From contig CM120646.1 of the NCBI GenBank assembly GCA_051362555.1, forward strand, positions 8,928,001-8,992,000: 64,000 bases of DNA, read 5' to 3'. The notes beneath the pieces were generated by a model. It saw nothing but the letters and a program-made list of their open reading frames with translations. It did no database searches and was not told the DNA's origin. Numbering within the stretch: the stretch's first letter is position 1; every line of letters starts with the position of its first letter. This document shows, in pieces, positions 1 through 12,859 of the stretch. This stretch comes from Lingula anatina (taxonomy: Eukaryota > Animalia > Brachiopoda). The position numbers were made by a program, and so were the translations under genes.

Positions 1-423
1 TTTTCACTGCAAACTACAAAAAATGTGCCAATGTATCCTCCATTTTACATACTACAAGATTACAGTCATATACCCAAAATAAAATAAGATTTATGAAGTT
101 TTATGATGGGGGAGTCAAATTTTCACGGGGGAGTCAGATTTTCATTATGTGCACATTTTTATCTTTCTTATTTTTTCATTTGAATTTTCACTGCAAACTA
201 CAAAAAAATGTGCCAATCTATCCTCCTTTTTACATACTACAAGATCACAGTCATATACTCAAATAAAATAAGATGTATGAAGTTTTGTGGAGGGGGAGTC
301 AAATTATCATGGGGGGAGTCAGATTTTCATCATGAAAATCTGACTGGGGAGTCACATTTTCATAATGAAAATCTGACTGGGGAGTCACATTTTCATGGGA
401 GTCAGATTTTCATGTTACACCTG
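1..423. mobile_element. End of a non-autonomous DNA transposon-like repeat with subterminal GGGGAGTCA(G/C)ATTTTCAT motifs and a ~185-bp internal duplication
   Basis: ttttcactgcaaactacaaaaaatgtgccaat occurs at 1 and ~186; about 6 copies of ggggagtca.attttcat lie between 108 and 412. Confidence 0.45.
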
Positions 424-730
424 GGCCGAATCTGAATGGAGAAATGAAATTACACGCTAGCTGTGTTTTCGGTGTCTCGCGTGTCTGAAGGAAACGAAAC
501 AGAATTGGGTCATAACATCTGTGATTGCACGCTCAGATGACAGGATTTCCTTATACATTGTTGTTTTATGAAAAGCAGAGTGTATTTCAGGTATTTAAAT
601 CCCGAAATTAAACGATTTGTATAGTTCACGTGTATGAGAGATCATACTTTGTACCGAAGATGAAAATGGAAACGATGGTAATGCACAACAACCCGTTTTC
701 GTCACCCATCAAAATTTGAGACGAAGGTAA

Positions 731-763
<33 letters not shown>

Positions 764-1070
764 TCTCTGGGATGACCAAAACATGCAGTCCTTTTAGGAG
801 AGCTTTCTTTTCCATAATATACAGCTTCAAAACAGACTGGTATGTTTGTGTCCCAGTGTTTTGCGCTGTTTTCGTGTCATTTTAGGCGTAGAATTAAAAA
901 AGTTTAAAATAAACAGCAATGTTTGAAAACATAAAATTGTTTGTTATTATAAGACGAATCCATCCCCTTTCACATGAAAGCACCCCCATTGTAATCCAAC
1001 ACTTATGAATATTTTGACAGACTTTCAAAGATGATCACCAACTAATCGTGTATCGTAGACGTGCAGATAT
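420..1070 (+). repeat. Dispersed ~650-bp repeat, copy 1 (copy 2 at ~6200-7030)
   Basis: ctgggccgaatctgaatgg...aaacgaaacagaattgggtca...cacatgaaagca.ccccattgtaatccaacac...gacgtgcagatat is collinear with 6201-7025. Confidence 0.85.
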
Positions 1071-3896
1071 GTATGTATGTACAGTATGTATATTTATTTA
1101 CATTTTTAACAGATGTTTATTTGTGTAGTTTTATTAATCACATAAGGGCCATTGGGGAGATAAAATTTTTATTTACCCTTGTTTTACCTTGAATTAAAAA
1201 GTTTAATAAATAACAATAATAAATATATACCAAATGTTGTTTCACAAATTTAACCGTTTGAGACTTAAGTGAAAGCATACTTTGAATATGTGGATTTTCC
1301 ATTTACGCATATGTATCTTCCAATGAGCTAAATGCGGGAAAACAGAGTTGTAGCTGGTCATAGTTTTTCATGTCTATTTTCAGACAAAATTTTGAGAAAC
1401 TACAATTGTTAATGAAGTACATATGAATGAGAATTTTGGCTAGATTTCATTTTCTCTTTTTGGCACCTTTTCTGCCATTTTTTGCACTTTTGGGGTTTTT
1501 AGCTGTGCTTGCACTGCGTTTCCTTGTCGAATTATCGCCGTTCTTATCGGCAAGGGGCCAGGCGTGACCTGGCATGTATTCTACCCTTTGGCCTTGGCAT
1601 TTAGACTGAAAAAGAATGTTCCTGTTTTTAAAGGTTGTGAAATTGATTAAGTGATCTGAAAGAGAAGCAAAGCTTATAACTGACTAATGAAAATGTCACA
1701 CTTTGGGTCCAGTTCACATAACACCCAGGGAATATTTAACAGCAGTTCGGTTGGAAATAAATCCAAGGAAAATTCTCATTTATGCATTATGTAAGTTATG
1801 GCTTTTTAAATCTTTCTTTTCCCGTGATCATATTAGGGGGAAAAGATTAACATACTTGAAAACATTGTCTACACTTCGTTGCTTCTTTCATCTCTCCGCT
1901 GAATTCACCTTTTAGGCACTCACGACAGTATCTTGTACCGCACCATTTGCACATGTAAGTCTGGAAATTGAAAAACAATTAATGTGATAGCAATGTTTAT
2001 ATTATATTTTTTAACATTTTGAGTAATTTTTAAACCCAAAGCCATGCACTATTAGAAAAATCATTTTGTCACCTTTACTGCAAATGGAATAAGATAAAGA
2101 ATACCTATATAAAGTGTTCTTTACTATTTTGAAAAACGTTGGTGGAATTGGCCACGGGTGTCTCTTATTTTTTAAAATAAAACATCAAACATGTGCACAG
2201 ATTAACCATGGGGAATACCCAATCAATTTGTGTAATGTATGCAGCAGTGGCTATTTTTATATTCACACATATAACGGCCCTTCTCTAAGTTACATTCCCA
2301 GAATAAAACGGTCAATTTACCTTACTCTAAATACTGTTTACAAATCACACCTAGAATGCAGGTGCGAGTAGATCAAGTCGGATCGATCTTCGTTTGTTTT
2401 GGTAACATTGTTAAATGTTATAGACTATAATTAGCGCAGTTGGACGAGGCATTTTTACATGAACCCCAGAAAGTATCCATTCAAATGTATCAGTGGTTGC
2501 AAAAGCTTGAGTGCAATACTAATACACCTGATAGAAGAATAAAGTTGCTCACAGAGCAAGTATATACTGAACCATAATGTAAATACACGAAGAAACAAGG
2601 CAGCAAAGCTGTCAAATGTACAGACAAAAAGCAGAAAATAATAATGCACAAAATAGGATACTGTCAATTCTGATGCAATAATACATTATGTTAAAATGCA
2701 AAGTCAACATCAAATTTTAGTTATGCACAACAGGTAAAACCGGTGAAAGTAAAAGCATAAGGCTTCAGTACCATGAGAGTTAAAGTTCACACTTAGAAAA
2801 TGCCAGAATGAGACAGAAGTAAATTTCACAAAAAAATTACATTAATCAATGAAAAAATGATAATCCAATAGAGCTGCAATATTACATAATGATTAACTGT
2901 ATAATTACCACCGGTTTTTAATTGATTCTAATATCAACATGGACATTTAGAAAATTTGATTACCACAGGTCTTCAAGCCCGTGGGAGTTCCAAGTCCCAC
3001 GTTAAACATGCCAATGTGTGAAAGATAAACAATTCACAATATGTACATCAGAAAAAGAAGCCAAACATATTGCTTTTTTAGTCTTGCGTTACTTTCCTGT
3101 AAGTTTAAGAGGAGTAAGTGACTAGGTTTTTTTTAATGGTCACTATGGAGGCAGTGCCCACAATAGGGTTTTGTTTAATTTTGATGCATTATTATATGAT
3201 GCTTAACAGCATAATGACCATCAATTTTTAATAATAAAATAGAAGTATCGAGGACATTCAGAAAATCTGACTAGCAAAGGTCTTCATAGCCCATGGAAGT
3301 TCAAAGTCACACCTTGAAAATGTCGATATTTGGAAATTTTTATTCTAACAAAAAATTTCATTTCCAAGTTAACCAATAAGCCAGATTTTCCAACTGAAGG
3401 TGTATGTAAGTCCCATGTTTCTTTCCTTCCATAAGTTTGAGAAAAAAAGTGACTTGGGTTATCTTTTAATGGTCAGTATAAAGGCAGTGCCCAAAATAGG
3501 GGTTTCTTCATTTTTGATGCAATATTACATAATGCTTAACAGCATAATGACCATCAATTTTTATTAATTAGATAAAAGTATCAAAGATGTTCAGAACATG
3601 TGACTAGTAAAAGTTTTCAAAGCCATGGAAGTTCAGAGTCAAACCTTGAAAATGCCCAAATGTAAACGAGATAACTGTATTGAAATGAGTTTATTTTCAT
3701 TTTCAACAACTTTTTACATAAAACAAAAATAATCAATTTACTGTCATTTTCATATAATCAACTGAGAAAAATGTTGACATAGGAAAAACATCAACAGAAC
3801 AATTTTATATGTCCTATTTGCTCCATTCTGAAATTCTGAATATAGTGAATGATTGAATCCGACGAACTGCAATGATGTGTTTATTTCCATTTTTAA

Positions 3897-4539
3897 GGCC
3901 TGTAGGAGGGTTAAATTGCCTTTAAATCACCTTTTTGAGTTTTTGTGTGTTTATATTAATCAAAATTATCTAACATTCGATGTTATAATGTTTTGGGGGT
4001 TTGCACTGCAAAATGTGTTTTTGATGAGTTTTTAAACCGGCACGCGCCCCAGTCAGACTGCCGACTAAACCACGCCTCTGTTGCTATGGGCTGTTGCCAT
4101 GAGGGGGCAGAGCAATGTTAATGAGTTCTAAGCCGATTATGTGTGTGTGGTAACAGGTCGTAACTTACGTCATCTGAGCAGTTATGAAGTCGAATACGCT
4201 ATAGGGAAAAGAAAAGTTCGTTTGTAAGAAAAATCAATAACGAAAAGAAGAAAAAAAAGACACCGGTAACAATACTTTTAGGTCTTCATTTTGGCGATAT
4301 ATATCGGCGAGCGTATCTGCTGCACGTTACGAAACCGGAAATGTTCGACGCCGTTTCAAAAACGTGTTTCGCCAGCTGTAAAACGCAACATAGAATCTAT
4401 TGAATAAAACTCGTGTTGACAAAAATAAGTTTTCTTCTCCGAGATGTGAATATATGTGCGGATTAACCAAGTTAATCTGATTTAAACGTGGCACAAGCGC
4501 CGCCATGTCCCCCCCTGTAGCCTTACGCTGCACAAGGCC
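3897..4539. mobile_element. Possible Kolobok-like non-autonomous insertion into HINE-A
   Basis: TTAA-ggcctgt...acaaggcc-TTAA; HINE-A homology stops exactly at the left TTAA; the TIR is short and imperfect. Confidence 0.35.
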
Positions 4540-4662
4540 TTAAGCGAGCCACTTCCACCGCTTAATTCAAAGCTAGTTTGAGTTGTGCAGCAGCACACGC
4601 ATAGCCTCCTTCGCGTATTGTATCACTGATCCCCACCTACCCACCCTGTTGCTTGTTTACTT

Positions 4663-4880
4663 AGACTGCATTCCCAGAGATTTAGATCGATCCATCCGGA
4701 TCGACCTAACTCCCTGGGGGTTCACGCTAAATTGCTGTCAGCCGAGCGCGCACGGCAGTTAATTACCCCTTACAGCTTTTAGTAGGCGGGACAGACATTT
4801 AAGCCGGTTAAGCTAACACCAATCTAGTGGGACTCCCCAGGGGGATAGATCGATCTAAATATCTATGGGAATGGGGTCTT
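4663..4880. mobile_element. MITE with imperfect terminal inverted repeats
   Basis: agactgcattcccagagatttagatcgatc versus gatcgatctaaatatctatgggaatggggtct. Confidence 0.55.
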
Positions 4881-5099
4881 AATTAGTCTTCTGCATCTGT
4901 GTACACAGTAATGCTCTTCTTTATATATATATTATATGTATGTTTTTGTATCAGCTTCACTACCTCTATTGGAGGGCTTTATATATTTTTTTTTCACGGT
5001 GGGCCTAATTATTTAAGCTTATTAAAAAATTGTTATTGGTTGTAGTTTTAGATGTAAGTCGTAGTGTAGTTAGTAACCAATAAACTTTTCTAAGCCGAT

Positions 5100-5300
5100 G
5101 TGGCAGGAGTGCACGTCCTAGTAACGCAAGTCCGCCCGGACACTAAGTCCTTGGAATGCAAGTCCTAGGGCATGCATTGCTAGGAATGGAAGTCCTAGGA
5201 CATACGTTACTAGGATTCAATGTCCGTAGGACGAAGGCTCCTAAGTAATGCAAGTCTAACGTGTAGTAATGCACGTCCTAATGGGACGTGCGTTCCTAAC
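5100..5300. repeat. Array of ~15-bp subrepeats (taggaatgcaagtcc-like) in both orientations, probable transposon subterminal repeats
   Basis: About 12 degenerate units, e.g. tagtaacgcaagtcc, ttggaatgcaagtcc, taggaatggaagtcc and inverted ggacgtgcgttccta. Confidence 0.6.
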
Positions 5301-5526
5301 ATCAGTAACAAAATACATGCTAACAGGTTTACCAACATATTTATAGATTTTTGACTTATCGAGTTATCGGTGAAAGTGCACGGCGACGGCGACAACGACG
5401 ACGATGGTGACGACAGACAAAGGTTATGGCTATATGTACAGACACATCTGTGTTTGTACATAAAAGTGATTTTTTTAACTTATGACCAACAATATCAGTA
5501 ATTCTAATACATAAATGTCTGACACG

Positions 5527-5608
<82 letters not shown>
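5527..5608. repeat. Poly-C homopolymer (~82 nt)
   Basis: Directly visible. Confidence 0.95.
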
Positions 5609-5898
5609 AGCACAAAAATCCTATAAATGTAGATTGCTGCAGTGCCAAAGCTATATAAATTCCGGTTTTAAAATCCATAACCTTTTCAAAAATCCTTTTT
5701 TACGTATATAAATATAACACATAGTGTTTATGATGCATTACAATAAAAAATACACATTAAGTTGGTAGCAGCGCCAAGGGCGTGTTGAGTGAATTCTGGT
5801 TTTAAATTTCTTAATCTTAATTTCTTTCAGGAACTGTTCATACAGTATTATTTCCGTTTAATTTTTGCCAGTTAGAAAGTACTGCATATACACACAGG

Positions 5899-6095
5899 CC
5901 CTTCACTAAATGAAAAGTTTGCCGCAATATTGCAACAATATTGCAGCAATTTTGCTTCAAACTAAAAGTTTGCAGCAGTGAGTTTGCAGGAGTGTGCAAG
6001 ATTGCTGCTTCATGCTGCTTTTTTGCTGCTAATTATCAGCCATATTGCAGCAAACTTGCTGCAAAATTGCAGCAGACCTGATATTTTGCTAAGGG
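5899..6095. mobile_element. MITE with CCCTT...AAGGG ends and TTGCAGCAA subterminal repeats (CMC/EnSpm-like)
   Basis: The ends plus many ttgcagcaa/ttgctgcaa motifs in both orientations. Confidence 0.5.
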
Positions 6096-6199
6096 GGGTG
6101 CTTAATATAATAATAATAATAATAATTTTAGTCTCATTTAATATCCATGTGAGCGGGTCAATATGTTATCAGTGGAAATCTCCACTACTTAAACTAAAT

Positions 6200-7030
6200 C
6201 CCTGGGCCGAATCTGAATGGGGAAACGAAACTACACGCTAGTTGTGGTTCTGTTGTTGGTCGAATCTAAAAGAAACGAAACAGAATTGGGTCAGAACACA
6301 GGCCCGTAGCTAGGGGGGTTAGGGGGGTTCGAAAGAACCGCCCCTTTCGCTGGGAAAAGGTTCACTCTGAGTAAAATTTGATCTAGATACCTGAAGTTAT
6401 TTGGGGAAAAGATCCACTTTTTCAGAAAAAGAACCCCCCTTTTGAAATTGCTGGCTATGGACCTGTAACATCTGTTATTATATGATCAGATGACATGATT
6501 TATTTACACACTGTTCTTTTAAGAAAAAGCTATTTCAGGTATTTCAATCCCGAAATTGAACGTTTTGTTTAGTTCATTTGTATGGCATCAGGAGTTAATA
6601 CTTTGTAGCGAAGTTGAAAACTGAAACGATGGTATAGTGCACAACAACCCGTTTTCTTCACTCATCAAAATAGCGATGAAAAGCAACTTTGTTTCTTGTC
6701 CATAGTGTGTGTGTACCGTAAATGATCCCTCAGATGACCAAAAACATGACAATAGTGACTATAATATTATACTATTGTGAGAGCTTTCTTTCGTACAGCT
6801 GCATATGTCTGTATTCCAGATGTAAGCGCTGTTTTAGTGTCATTTTCGGCTAAAAATTAAATACACAGCAATGTTTGGAACAGAAAATTGTTTGTTATTA
6901 TAAGACAAATCCGTCCCTTTTCACATGAAAGCATCCCCATTGTAATCCAACACATAGGAATATTTTGACAGACTTTCAAATATGGTAACCCTTTATTGTT
7001 ATCCAGTATAGTGGACGTGCAGATATACAT
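6200..7030 (+). repeat. Dispersed repeat copy 2 (of 420-1070), carrying a MITE insertion
   Basis: Collinear with 420-1070 except for the insert at 6299-6465. Confidence 0.85.
6299..6465 (-). mobile_element. MITE with CAGGCCCGTAGC TIRs and a 5-bp TSD (hAT5-like)
   Basis: caggcccgtagctag...ctggctatggacctg flanked by gaaca/taaca; empty site at ~510; sibling at 21314-21482 in the opposite orientation. Confidence 0.8.
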
Positions 7031-7399
7031 GTATAGAACAAAACCAAATACATAATTTTACACATAAGCAGTAATTTAAGAATGCACAAATATAATTGAG
7101 TTGTTGCAGTTTTCCAGTTTTATGCATTCCGGGTTTGGCAAATCTCTATTTTATCAACAGCGCAAATAAAAAAATTATATTTTTCTTCATCTGATTTGCA
7201 AATGGTATGCTACTGGATATAACAACCTCCTGTCAACCAAGAACAGACTGAAAGGCAACCTTAAGGATACCGATATATTTCATCTTTAGTAGCACTGGTT
7301 GTCGGTGCACAAAAAAATGGCCTTCATGGGTCAACGATCACAGGCGACCTGTTAACACTTAAAAACCTATGTACATAGCGGTAGTTTCAATGTAGGACT

Positions 7400-7867
7400 T
7401 AGAGGGACAATGAAATGCAGCTCGAATGTAGTTGGAACTAGGAATATCAATAATGCTGTTAGAATGCAGTCAGAATATTTACATGTAGAATACACTTCGA
7501 ATGCCGTACGAGTGTAGTTCGATTGCTGGCTGAAATATAGGATCGAGATGCATTCGAGTTGCATTCTGGCTCATTCTAACAGGATTTGAAGTGTCCTGAC
7601 ATTTCGGTTCTACCTCGAATGTGATCAGAATGTTTAGAATGCAGTCATAATGCAGTTAGAATACCATTCGATAATTTTCCACTTGGAATGCACTTAGAAA
7701 GTTTTTAACATGAGCAAAACATTTGGGCCGGCCACAAGAATGGTTAGAAATATTGGGAATGCACTCGGAATTTTTAGAATGCTCTTCGAATATCCAGGAA
7801 CGCACATAGAATTGTCTTTCCGACGGTATTCTTGCTCATTCCGCCTCTAGTGTGACGGGGGTATTTA
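7400..7867. mobile_element. PIF/Harbinger-like non-autonomous fragment
   Basis: Many agaatg/tcgaat subrepeats; ends agtgtgacgggggtatt, resembling a Harbinger-type terminus. Confidence 0.4.
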
Positions 7868-7872
7868 ATGTA

Positions 7873-9508
7873 CAGGGTTACTACTTAATATGGAATATTA
7901 TTTTTTGGCGAGTAAATTTTCTACAAAATATTTATTTTCTCTCTAACTACTGTTTACATCCAAATCTGAGGTGTCACTCCCTGAGTAGCCAGGTGTGTTA
8001 CCTAATTACCACACAACTCTCGAAACAATTGATGCATGCAGTTGCATGTTCTGTGGTCAGAAATGTGGGGGGGGGTCTTTTTGGCAATTTCTGCCCTTGT
8101 ATAAAAACTCATGGCTTTATCAATCTTTGGAGTGTATTTAGAGAAGCAACAAAGGGATTGATCTGAAACTTGACAGGTTCCTAAGAGAAGATATGGTTCG
8201 ACAGCTAAGCAACGCAGCTTGCTATGGGATTCTTGCTCTCAGAGGCCAGAAACGGTCAACCATTGCCAGGCAATACAACATTTATCAGGAACCGTTAGTA
8301 AAGTCCTCCAAAGAAATGCTACAACAGGGGCACCTACTCCAATACCTCGACCAGGGTGTCCGTGTATGACACCAAGAAGACAGGATCGCCTTCTCCTTAG
8401 AGTGCGCCGTGCTGGTAGTACAAAGACAACCAGTGTCCTCAGAAAAGAGTGGCAGAATGTAATTCAAACGCCCGTTGCAAGGTCCCTCGTGAACATGAGA
8501 TTATTGCAAGCCAGTTATTTTGCACGAAGACCAGTACTGAAACCACTGTTAACAGCAGGTCATATACAGCGTAGTCTGCAATGGGCTGGGGACTACGTGT
8601 GTTTGCAGCCAAACCACTGGAATCACGTTGTTTTCGGTGATGAGTCCAGATAGGTAGTTTTAAGGGTTGACGTGTCCGCCGAAGTGTACGAGAGGCATAA
8701 AAGGATGATTGTGCACTGCCTAAGGTGGAAGCAGGGGGTGGTAACGTCTCTGTTTGGGGAGCATATCATGTCGGTGCCCAGAACCAGTTGTTTTTTCTAG
8801 GCGGCAACCTCAACTAGGGTTCCTACAGAGACATTCTACATCAAACAATGCTTCGATTGGTAAGAGTCATCTTCAGGAACAACTTTGTGTATCATGACGA
8901 CTGTGCAACCCCACATCGAGCTCACAGAATCACTGTTTTTCTTCGAAACCAATGGGTTCAGCAACTGCCCTGGCCTGCAAACTCCCCAGATATGAACCCA
9001 ATTGAAAATCTGTGGACGGAAGTAACTCACATAATAGCTATGGTCATCGGTCGGGAAATAATGATGAACTGCGACAGGCAAATATCACTGCGTGGAATGA
9101 TATCCCCATCCAAACTCTAAAAAAACTTGTCACAGGGTATGCCATGTAGGATGAGGGCGCTGCAAGCGGCTGCTGGAGGTCATACCCGCTATTGATGACT
9201 TTTCATGATTTACTGTAATTAGTTCTTTAACTGTGTAACATATCATTGTCTGGAGGCTATCATTTTCTTCAATATCTTAGCTTAAATTAATACTGACATC
9301 AAACTGTTGATATGGTTTTCTGGGAGTGTTCTTTTCTTTTGAATGACGTCTTATGTCACATTTGATATTATAGTCCAAAATATCTCACAATAGAAGACTG
9401 GATATTTTTCAATGACATACTTTTTTGATGAATAAAGCCAAAAAAACAAAAAAAAACAAAAGCCAAAATAACAATGATAAAAATATTCCATATTAAGTAG
9501 TAACCCTG
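7873..9508 (+). mobile_element. Tc1/mariner (Tc1, DD34E) transposon, full-length but decayed
   Basis: 27-bp perfect TIR cagggttactacttaatatggaatatt (7873-7899; 9482-9508) with TA on both sides; transposase motifs inside. Confidence 0.95.
8170..9195 (+). pseudogene. Tc1 transposase pseudogene
   Basis: RPGCP..T.RQDR, RRPVLKPLLT, WNHVVFGDESR, VSVWG, HDDCATPH and WPANSPDMNPIENLW (34 residues between D and E), ending GGHTRY; several in-frame stops and frameshifts. Confidence 0.93.
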
Positions 9509-9609
9509 TATATACATATATTCGGCGTAACTCCTTACGATTTCAAAAAAGTCGTAGGACAATTTCATCGCACGGCGGCCGTGTAAATGTAATCTAGGCT
9601 TTAGTCCTA

Positions 9610-11252
9610 TGCTACTTTTCTGTGAGTTAAAGCAGAATAAGTGACATGGTTTTCGTCTAATGGTGACTATGGAGGCAGTGCCCAAAAGGGGGGGGTCTTC
9701 ATTTTGATGCAATGTTACATAATGCTTAACAGCATAATGACCATCAATTTTTAATAATAAAATATTAGTATCATGGATATTCAGAAAATGTGACTAGCAA
9801 AGGTCTTTAAGACCATGGAGGTTCAAAGCCAAACCTTGAAAATGTCGATATGTGAAAAATTAAATTTTCACAAAAAATGTATAACTTCCATAAGAATTAG
9901 CCAATAAGACATATTTTCCATTTGAAGCTGTATTTAAGTCCTATGTTTCTTCTCTGAAAGTGGGAAAAGAGTAAGTGACAAGGTTTTGCTTTAATGGTCA
10001 CTATGGAGGCAGTGCCAAAAACAGGGTTTTTTTAATTTGATGCAATATTACTTAATGCTTAACAGCATAATGAGCATCAATCTTTAATGAGAAAATAAAA
10101 GTATCATGGATATGCAGAAAATGTGACTAGCAAAAGTCTTCAAGGCCATGGAAGTTTAGAGTCAAACCTTGAAAATGCCAAATTGTATACAAGATATAAC
10201 TGTACTGAAATGAGTTAATTTCCATTTTAACACCTTTTTTACACAAAACACAATAATCAATTTACTGTCATTTTTTAATGATCAACTAAGAAAATTATTG
10301 ACATACGAAAATTATCAATAGCGCGATTTTAAATGTCCATATTTACTCCATTCTGATATTCTGAACATAGTAAATGATTGAATCTGACAAACCTCAATGA
10401 TATGAGTTTATTTTCATTTTTGACGCTTTATTACACAATACATGATAACAGGTGTACCATCATTTTATGTAATCAACCAACAGTATTGTTAAGATGCAGA
10501 AAATGTTAGAACACTTTTACGTGGCTGTTTAGATCAATGATGAGTCTGTTAACATGTCTAAGAATTAAATCTGAAGAAAAACGACTTTTATACAAAAGGC
10601 ATAATTTCATCAAAACTTAACCGATTAAGCTTATTTTCGAAGTTGATCTTTATATTGGTAAGGTTGATCACTCCTGTGAGTTGCAACAAATGTGTTATCC
10701 GTGTTGCATAAATGCTGAAAAAAAGCGAACAAAACAGCACGTAAAAGTATGTATGTAAAAATGGTTCAATCGATCTAATATTCGTACTCGACCTGTATTT
10801 AAGTAAGATTGATGGCTCCTGTAGGTTTCTTAAAAGACAAAAAGATTCATGATTTTCCTTGAAACGTGTTATAATGTGTGGCATACATCCTGACAAAAAG
10901 CGAAAGAACAGCATAACTTTTGAAAAAGTAGCCTGATCATGCTGATTTACGAATTGACCTTTGTATTACATGTATGAATATTCATCAGTTCTGTAAGATT
11001 CAAGCCAACTGATCGTGTTATCGGTTTTTCATATATTCTGAAAAAAGCCAAAACAAAACAGAATAACTTTTGAAAAAGTAGCCTGATCATGCTGATTTAC
11101 ACATTGACCTTTGTATTATGAATATTCATCAGTTTTGTAAGTTTCAGACCAAAAGATTAAATGGATTTCCACTTATCGTGTTATCGGTGAAAGTGCATGA
11201 TGGCGACGACAGACGCAGCTGACGGCTATATGTACAGACACATCGTGCGCAT
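9610..11252 (-). mobile_element. HINE family A, partial copy
   Basis: ~335-bp internal repeats (9659, 9993) and body collinear with 47480-49600; terminal gacgacgacagacgc...ctatatgtacagacacatc. Confidence 0.75.
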
Positions 11253-11617
11253 AAAAAGGGAAATGGTTTGAACGTCACTAAGACAGCCTGAATACACCTG
11301 TTGCTGTCAAGAATTCACCTGTTTCTCTGATACGAAAAGGTTCTCACGATTCACTGTCGTTCATTTCAAAGCAATACTGACATTTTCACACTTGGCCAAA
11401 CGTAGATGGCGAACATGTACTTCAAGTCTAGCCTCTTTATCTTGGTGTTCTTTGCTAATTTTATTCTATAAATCTAACTTTTGAAATATTAAATTAAATT
11501 GTAAAGACCTTCTCATTTCTGTCATATTTATGTGTGTGTGTGTGTGTGTGTGTGCATGTGTGTGTGTGTATGTGTGTGTGAAAGACGTGTCGCATGCCAT
11601 GAACATTCAGCACTCAC

Positions 11618-11994
11618 CGTGTTGGTATAAGGACATCCCCACCGACACATTATTGCAGTGACATCCTTTACGACCCAATCCAGGAAATTCAAATACAGTC
11701 AGGTGTAATCTACAGCACTCGCGTACTCTCACTATATTCTTGCAGCCTTTTTGGATGCCGAAGTCACATGTAAATACACTTATCTCAACATTTACTAAAG
11801 ATCTAGGGCCGTGGCATAAAGCCCATTTGCAATCTATTTGGGGAGATAACCCAGTGGAGATTTAAGGCCTCGTAAGTTGCGGTATGTACCAGAACGACAA
11901 CGCTTGATGACGTCAGCAACGCAAGTATACAAATACATATCCAATGCTGTCAACCCTCGTTTCTTTCACGCGAGTGTATGAAAGCATGCATCTC
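11618..11994 (-). pseudogene. Possible decayed exon encoding a Cys-rich, CUB-like extracellular module
   Basis: Acceptor ttttaatacag and donor ACG|gtgagt; translation ...GLKSPLGYLP / (frameshift) QIDCKWALCHGPRSLVNVEISVFTCDFGIQKGCKNIVRVRE...; one stop and one frameshift. Confidence 0.3.
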
Positions 11995-12859
11995 TGTATT
12001 AAAATTATAATATATCATAAATAAAAAAAATCGACTCCAGCAAATGTCGGGTGTAAATGAACTACTTCCTTAAGTACAACTCTTGCCTAGCTTCGGTGAT
12101 TTATTCGTTACTGGTACCTAGCACCTAGCATTGGTGTGTGTCAACATTGAAAAAAATGCTATCGATGTGCAAGTGATGTTAACCAATGGAGCTGCAATAT
12201 ATTTAATAAATGTTCAGTGATGCGTGGAATCAAGTAACCTTGTCCCAAAAAAGAAAACGCAACGAAGATAAACTCGGGGAACATTTTGTCCTATGTATTC
12301 GTCACAGCGTATTTTCACCTGAAAATGTGTAAATTTGATCCCGAGCGTATTCGAGGCAGATGGTATAGAATTGGATCAATACACGATAAATATACACCGG
12401 CCATTAAGTAAATTAACCCCTTTTATACCTTATTCGATAGAATTAATGCGATGTTTATATTGCTCGCATATAGCCTTAAAGGCATATTCTTTCCCATTCC
12501 CCTTGTTCCGCTATTTAATGTACGGCAAATTACTTAAGATGTTTAACACCCAAACGCAATATACTTAGTAGAGATTGAAATGAGGTCACAGGAATGCTCT
12601 TCGAAATATCTAGTGCACAGATTACGAGCTATGTTTGATTATTTTATGGTCCCACATGAACAAATGTGTATCAAAGTTTCGCTCTCCTGATTGAATGATA
12701 AAAGATAAAAAGGAACATACGTTACTGTCACAAATGCAAGTCTTCCAGCTGTGGTAACGCTTATACTCATTATAAAAATTCAATTATCGCTGGTTTTGTT
12801 CTTTATGTCCTACAATTATAACGTTGTGAAAAATAATATAATAATCTCAAAATTGAAAA

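Larger units (their letters stand above)
2594..5462 (-). mobile_element. Helentron-associated non-autonomous element (HINE family A), interrupted copy
   Basis: Left end aacaaggcagcaaagctgtcaaatgtacagac (stem-loop plus subTIR); right end has a (gacggc/gac)n microsatellite and the atgtacagacacatctgtgtttgtacat palindrome; ~335-bp internal repeats at ~3135 and ~3468; same ends as 39978-49602. Confidence 0.7.

Noticed and set aside
5356-5678. Poly-glycine ORFs
   Set aside because: Artefact of the poly-C run
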